The position numbers and the translations under genes were made by a program. The notes under the pieces are model-generated. The model had not been told where the DNA came from, did not search any database, and saw only the letters and a program-made list of their open reading frames with translations. A stretch of DNA of 64,000 nt from Azolla caroliniana (lineage: Eukaryota > Plantae > Polypodiophyta): NCBI GenBank assembly GCA_043228905.1, contig JBHGNT010000003.1, positions 19,840,001-19,904,000 of the forward strand. Reading direction: 5' to 3'. Below, in pieces: positions 51,801 to 64,000 of the stretch (positions are counted from its first letter, which is position 1; each line of letters begins with the position of its first letter).

Positions 51801-53538
51801 TTTAAATGTCAAAGTTAGTAAAGCTAAGGTTTCATTTATGCCACATGGTATCTTCCAACCTCTACCTTTGCTTTCTACTTGTATTTTATTTTTTATATGA
51901 TAGTTATTCATTTAAAGTGTGTGCCATTCACAACTTATAGGATAAGTACCTTGTCCTTGGCTATTTCCAAATTCCATTCCCCTTTTCAAACATGGGGAAC
52001 TTGTAAGACAAGTACTTTGTCTTTGGTTATTTATAAATTCCTAAACATTAGCCTCCTTTTCGCGAAACATCATCTTCCAATGACAAACATCCTTGGACTC
52101 ATTCAAAGATACCTATTTATTGTTGTACATATTGCATCTTTTTTAAATTAGGATGTGGACCATGATTTTCACCATACTGTTGCGTGGAATTCTAGCAAAA
52201 ATCTTGTACAGTAGATAGATCCCAAGTTTAATGGCGTTTTGCAATTGCAAGTTTTAAAAAGAATAAAAAGGTAGATCTACAATCACTTTAGATATTTATT
52301 CATCTATGTATTTTGGGTTATTATGGTTTCCTCTATACTTGCTTACAATTTAAAAGCATCAATCTATAAAGTTAGGGTATGAAAATATGCATAGGATACC
52401 TTGAAGATGACGTGAAAGCTATATACCTTGGATTAGTAGTATAATTGATGGGTTGATTAGTGCAAACAATGGGGTTGATTAAGTTGGTAAAAAAGGAATA
52501 TTGCTTATTGGGGTGATTAAGTTGGTAAAAGATCATTCAACTATGGTGTGAAGGAGCATTGAGGTAGAATATGACAAAAAGAAAAGAAATGATTCATTAA
52601 TATTAAGATTGGAGATAAAGAATGACAATGCTAGCCATGTACCACCATGATAACATTATGGTGGTGGTAAATGGAGTTCCATCAATCAAATGGGCTATAA
52701 TAGGAGGGTTCCATATATTCATTCAAAGATACAAGAGTAAAGTGTAACTGCTAGAGGAAGCAAACAGTATTGTGTTCACAAACTTAAGAGAAGTGTGCTC
52801 AAGTGGAAATGCATCTAGAGATACATGACTCCTACATAGTGGTGCAAATCAGCAGATTCATGAGAAAAAATATGAGGGGTGTCAACGATGTATTTGCCAC
52901 AATGGGGAACAACTAGATATGTTTAGCCAAGGGAACTAAATCTATGTATATGATAACAAAAGCAAGCTGAACAAAATTCTTTATAAATGTCCTTCTAGTT
53001 CCCAAATATGTGGGAACATAACATTAACGTTGGCTGTAAGATATCCTTTTACAATGAAAAAATCCATAAGAACACAAGACATTGACTAAATACACAATTT
53101 GCTCCAACTAATCACATTGATTGTGGGTGTGTTGTGTATCATATGCAAAGCTATGGTATCAATGCTTAGGGCACTTGAGCTTCTCCATATTGTGGAAGAA
53201 TGGATTGGCATTCAACACTAGTTTCTTTCCTGGAACTAGACATAGGTCTCCTGAGTTTGTGTAACCCAAGGCATACTGACCTGTACCTACAGACACACAC
53301 ACATCCCCACATGTGTACACATCCATATTTGAGAGACTGAATCATTGCAGTAGCAACTAGTAAATGAATCTTAACCATATGTGAGACAATTTCATTACTC
53401 GAAACAACACTAAAACTTCACTAGTCTCTTTTTTGGAACTACACAAATCAAATGAAGATTTAAAATTTCTGAAGATCATAACATATCATCACAGTCCAAG
53501 GGAAGAGAAACAAAATATATATTAATCAAAAAAATCAT

Positions 53539-60231
<6,693 letters not shown>

Positions 60232-60295
60232 GGCTTCTTCAGGGAAGAAGCTCTTTCTTGTGTTACAATGTGTGTTTTCTGAGGTGAGAGAGATG

Positions 60296-60389
60296 TATGT
60301 ACGTGTATGTATGTATGTATGTATGTATGCATGCATGTATCATGTATGTATGTGTGTATGTATGTATGCATGCATGCATGTATGTATGT
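60296..60389. repeat. (TATG)n-type microsatellite just upstream of the GET3B ATG
   Basis: Direct reading. Confidence 0.9.
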
Positions 60390-60445
60390 TTGTGAATGAA
60401 TGGAAGGGGATGGAAAAGGAACAATATGTATGAATGGAAGGGGAT

Positions 60446-62536
60446 AAAGCTCATTGACCACTTTGTGTATCGGTACGGCCAACACCCGACAAAAATACTC
60501 TAGCCTCGTTGCTTCGTCCACATTCCTCTTCGTCATCTCGGCGTTGTAGGCTCTCAAAAATTTGGGGACATCATCCTCGTTGAAACGACCAACTTGTTCA
60601 AGCGTGCTTTCGACGGCTTGTCAAGCCACTCGTCTTTCTCTTTCCCTTATGAAATCCATCACTATTCTCGCCATTATATCCATGAAGTCTTCCTCTTCCA
60701 TCCTCGTCCTCCCTTGTTGCCCTTTCACGTCGGTCTCACCAAAGATGTTGCGGAAATCCTCGCGTGCATGTAGGCTTGGGTGGAACCACGGGGGTATCGG
60801 ACTAGGGAGTAAAAGGGGGAACGGGAGCTTATCCCTTACGGCCTCTAAGCTGAAAAGGGTAAGAACAATGTGCAAAAGATTAACACAATAAAGAACTAGA
60901 CTGAGACAAGGTTTATCAAGCAATTTCCATTACCTTCTGGTCATCGGATAGAGTCGTCAACCATGCGCAACTTTACATCAAATGGGAGCATTGTCAAGCT
61001 CCCGCATTTTTGCAAACAGTTGCAGTTAATTATACGAACACTGACTCCTGTGTTAATTATGGCGAGAGTAGTTACGTTGTTGACAAATATATGAAGCGTG
61101 AAATTGGTATCATCGCTCTCAAAATGTGCTCTGAATGTGTCAATATGGAGAGCATCATGTTGTTATTGAGTGACGTCGATATTCAGTGGGTTCAAGAGGA
61201 TGGGTTCTCCACGCCTAGATAAGAGTTTACCATTTAGTCAGCTAGAACGTCATGCCAGGGTTGGAGGTTGAGTTTTAGTAGCTCGTCAAGTGGTAGCTCG
61301 ATTGTTTTTAATAGAATGTGGTTAAAACTCAGTGTGGGCTCCATTAAAGTACTCGTCAATTTGTATACTTCCTATAACAAGAGGCATACCTTGAGGGTTG
61401 GAGATTGAGTTTTAGCAACTCTTTAAGTGCTAGCTCGATTGTTTTTAATAGAATGTGGTTAAAACTCGGTGTGGGCTCCATTAAAGTACTCATCAAATTG
61501 TATACTTCCTATAACACGAGTCATACCTTGAGGGTTGGAGGTTGACTTTTAGCAACTCTTCGAGTGCTAGCTCGATTGTTTTTACTAGAACGTGGTTAAA
61601 ACTCGGTGTGGGCTCCATTAAAGTACTTGTCAAATTGTATACTTCATATAACATGAGCCCAACACGAGTCATACCCTGAGGGCTAATATTTGTTGCAACT
61701 ATGTTACATTGACCTCTTTGTTGTTTGTCACGGGGAAGGAGTTGAATGTGTGTTCTTGGGTAGGTACTTCATTGTGGTAGCGAGGATCACCGACCGAAAT
61801 ATTGAGTTTGTTGAAATCTAAGCTTGGTGGATTGGGTAGTGTTTGTTCTTCCTCTTGTTGGAGTAGTTTGATGTACTCTTCTACTTTTTGCTTTACCTCA
61901 ATAAGTTGCTACGTGTGCCAACAAACTTGCAGCTGGGGCATTGGGGGATTCGTCCTTAGCATTGGCACCATAAGAATGATTAGAGATAGAGATCAACTTT
62001 GAAGACCCGATCAATTTATTTTTCTTTGGTTTTCGCTTCATTTGTCGAGTGGTGAACATCTTAGATTCTTGATGCTTGAGGTTGTGGGCAATCCTTTGGG
62101 GCCATGTGATGACACTAGCTCCAATCGGGCTATCGATAACAAATTCATATTGGTTCTCTTCTTTTTCTTAGAATGATCGGGCACCGAGTGCTCTCGTCCA
62201 TGACTGGGACATGATGCTTCTCATTGGAACCATGCAATGAGCTTGTGTGCTTGCTAATCCGAGGGATTTGTTGGTTGTTGTGGCAAGGGTGCTTTTGTGG
62301 TGAGTGTGTCGTTGTCATTGTGCCATGCGGTCGAAATACTCATGCTTCGTTGGGCTCTCGCTCTCCATGTGTGGCCTTTGGTAGTTAAAGCACATTGGCT
62401 TAGGTCTCCTTGCCCCTCCTCAATATCCTATAGGAAATCCTCATTGATCGCTTCATAAGATGTAGGCTGAGATTTGATCTCCTTCACAATTAATGAAATG
62501 AGAGAGGATTTCTTTCGTCTCATCCAAGTCACGACA
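60446..62536 (-). mobile_element. Relic of a Gypsy-2-related element (gag N-terminus, Trp-type PBS 60724-60741, LTR from 60746); right boundary uncertain
   Basis: VGRFNEDDVPKFLRAYNAEM...FCRVLAVPIHKVVNEL aligns with Gypsy-2 IGRFSGKNATKYLASYGAEM...FPRVAMPSIHAEVLEV. PBS reads TTCACGTCGGTCTCACCA; CACGACA at 62530-62536. Confidence 0.7.
61257..61685. repeat. 137-bp tandem repeat, about 3 copies
   Basis: AGGGTTGGAG...GCTCGATTGTTTTT...GTGTGGGCTCCATTAAAGTAC units start at 61257, 61394 and 61531. Confidence 0.9.
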
Positions 62537-62954
62537 TTGCCCCTTGTATGTAGTGTACAACATTACGCTCCAGCCAACCTAAACGTTGTCATCTCTATCA
62601 CATTCGAGTTCTGCTAATGCTAATCAGGTGTCGATTCTAGGGAGGGGGTGGGGGGGGGGGGGGGGGGGGGTATCGGGTGGACTGGTCTAGGGGGGTGACC
62701 TTGGATGTTCAATGAGTGGTCCTTGCCCGAGCCTGCCCCTTGGGGAATTGCCATCAATTAATTGTCTTGTGCGTTGTTCGCAAAGTGAAGAATGTGTTAC
62801 TCGGAGCGGAACCAAGAGGGTCTTGGATGAGGATCATCCATCATCACGATCACCACCACCACCATCGTCATCATCATATGATGGCCCCAAGGGCTCTACT
62901 ATGCAGATATATGTACATACATAATAATGTCTTCATGGTTTACCTATCCGATTA

Positions 62955-62967
62955 AAACCCTAGGGTT
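62955..62967 (+). promoter_or_regulatory. Telo-box (AAACCCTA) within the palindrome AACCCTAGGGTT
   Basis: About 100 bp upstream of the helicase ATG. Telo-boxes are typical of plant ribosome-biogenesis gene promoters. Confidence 0.6.
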
Positions 62968-63059
62968 CACAGTTAATACATAATGCACACAGACCTGAAT
63001 GAACTCAGTTGAGTAAGACAGGCAGGAACGAAGAAGGCAGAGGCAGAATCTCTACTCCC

Positions 63060-63997
63060 ATGGCTGCTTCTGCAGAGTCTGCAGATGTAAAGCGCGTGCC
63101 GATCGACGAGGACCATGGCGATGACATCATCATATTGCCTGACCGCAGGAAGAAGAAGACGAGCTTGAAGGTAACCTCTCTCTCTCTCTCTCTCTCTTAT
63201 TTTGTTTTTCGTTCTCTCCGTTTCTTCTTCTCGTTGTGTTGTTAGAACGTTTTTCGATGATTGTATCGAAATCAAACAAATTTTTTTCTGTTTCTCTTTC
63301 TCGTTGTGTTGTTAGAACCAATTGTGTCCACAACTAAAGGCCACTCCTCGTCTGTCCAAGAATCAACAGAGAAAACTAAAGAAATTGAAGGTATGTGATA
63401 ATGCTTGGCCTATAATGCTACGTTATGTCAATTTGATTTTCTTTCTTTCCTGAATGAAAAATATTAGAAGAAAATAGCTATTTTAGGCATTTAAGCAGAA
63501 AAAAAGAAGGCAAACGAAAAGATGCTATTTGTGCCACGTTATGATGTAACATGCACGCAGGAGAAGGAAATAAGGCAAAATCACACATAATATTATATGC
63601 TGATTTTAGCTGTATGATCACATTTACCTGGACAACATTTGTCTTTTTGTTTCTGTAGGAAGAAAAGGAGAAGAAGTTTAAAAGCGTGGAAGTATTTGCT
63701 ACTCTTGAGTATCCTGACATAATTCTAAACATTTGTAAGGAATTTATTGGCCTTATGCTCATTATCATTTGATAAATTGGATGTTCCAATGACAACTCTT
63801 ATGTAAGTTTTATGAAGGTTTGTTTAGAGCTGTTGTCAACTTCATCATATGTAGGTTTTCCAGGTTAAAATTTTTGTAAGCTCCAATCCAAATCAATTCA
63901 TTATTCATTTTGAAACAGCCTTAACAAATGCTTCAGAAAGTACAAGCTAGCAGAAGATGCCTATGCATTGTTGCATAAATCTGGTACACGTGGGCAG
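63060..63997 (+). CDS. 5' exons of a DEAH-box RNA helicase, DHX37/DEAH13 (FAS4)-like; continues beyond the window
   Basis: Exons 63060-63170, 63316-63390, 63659-63708 and 63937-63997 give ...IILPDRRKKK...LSKNQQRKLKKLKEEKEK...LEKYKLAEDAYALLHKSG, matching the recalled DHX37-family N-terminus. The helicase core is not in the window. Confidence 0.75.
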
Positions 63998-64000
63998 GTT

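Noticed and set aside
50000-53100. Possible decayed DNA transposon or gene remnants
   Set aside because: Only short AT-rich ORFs and a weak Cys/His pattern near 50790-50840; no termini or recognisable domain.

Overview
Nuclear DNA of a land plant, most likely a fern or other non-seed plant. This is inferred from intron-rich plant genes and the retrotransposon types. Positions 1-25.7 kb are one L1-type LINE split by insertions, most reconstructable to the base from target-site duplications (TSDs): a Met-primed LTR element, a 10.1-kb Gypsy with an extra 3' ORF and three solo LTRs inside it, a 5.1-kb Copia, and a tRNA-Trp-primed Gypsy with a 4-bp TSD. The rest is gene space: a dirigent-like gene, an organellar histidyl-tRNA synthetase pseudogene with a Copia inserted in an exon, a GH28 polygalacturonase, a plastid-type GET3/ArsA ATPase and the 5' end of a DHX37/DEAH13-like helicase, plus MITEs and TE relics. 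The most unusual object is the Copia at 34401-39585. Its 5' LTR is replaced by a perfect 88-bp-arm hairpin, putting U5 at both element ends, yet the CTAAT TSD is intact. This looks like an integrated product of fold-back self-priming of minus-strand strong-stop DNA. All calls are by eye; no database searches were run.
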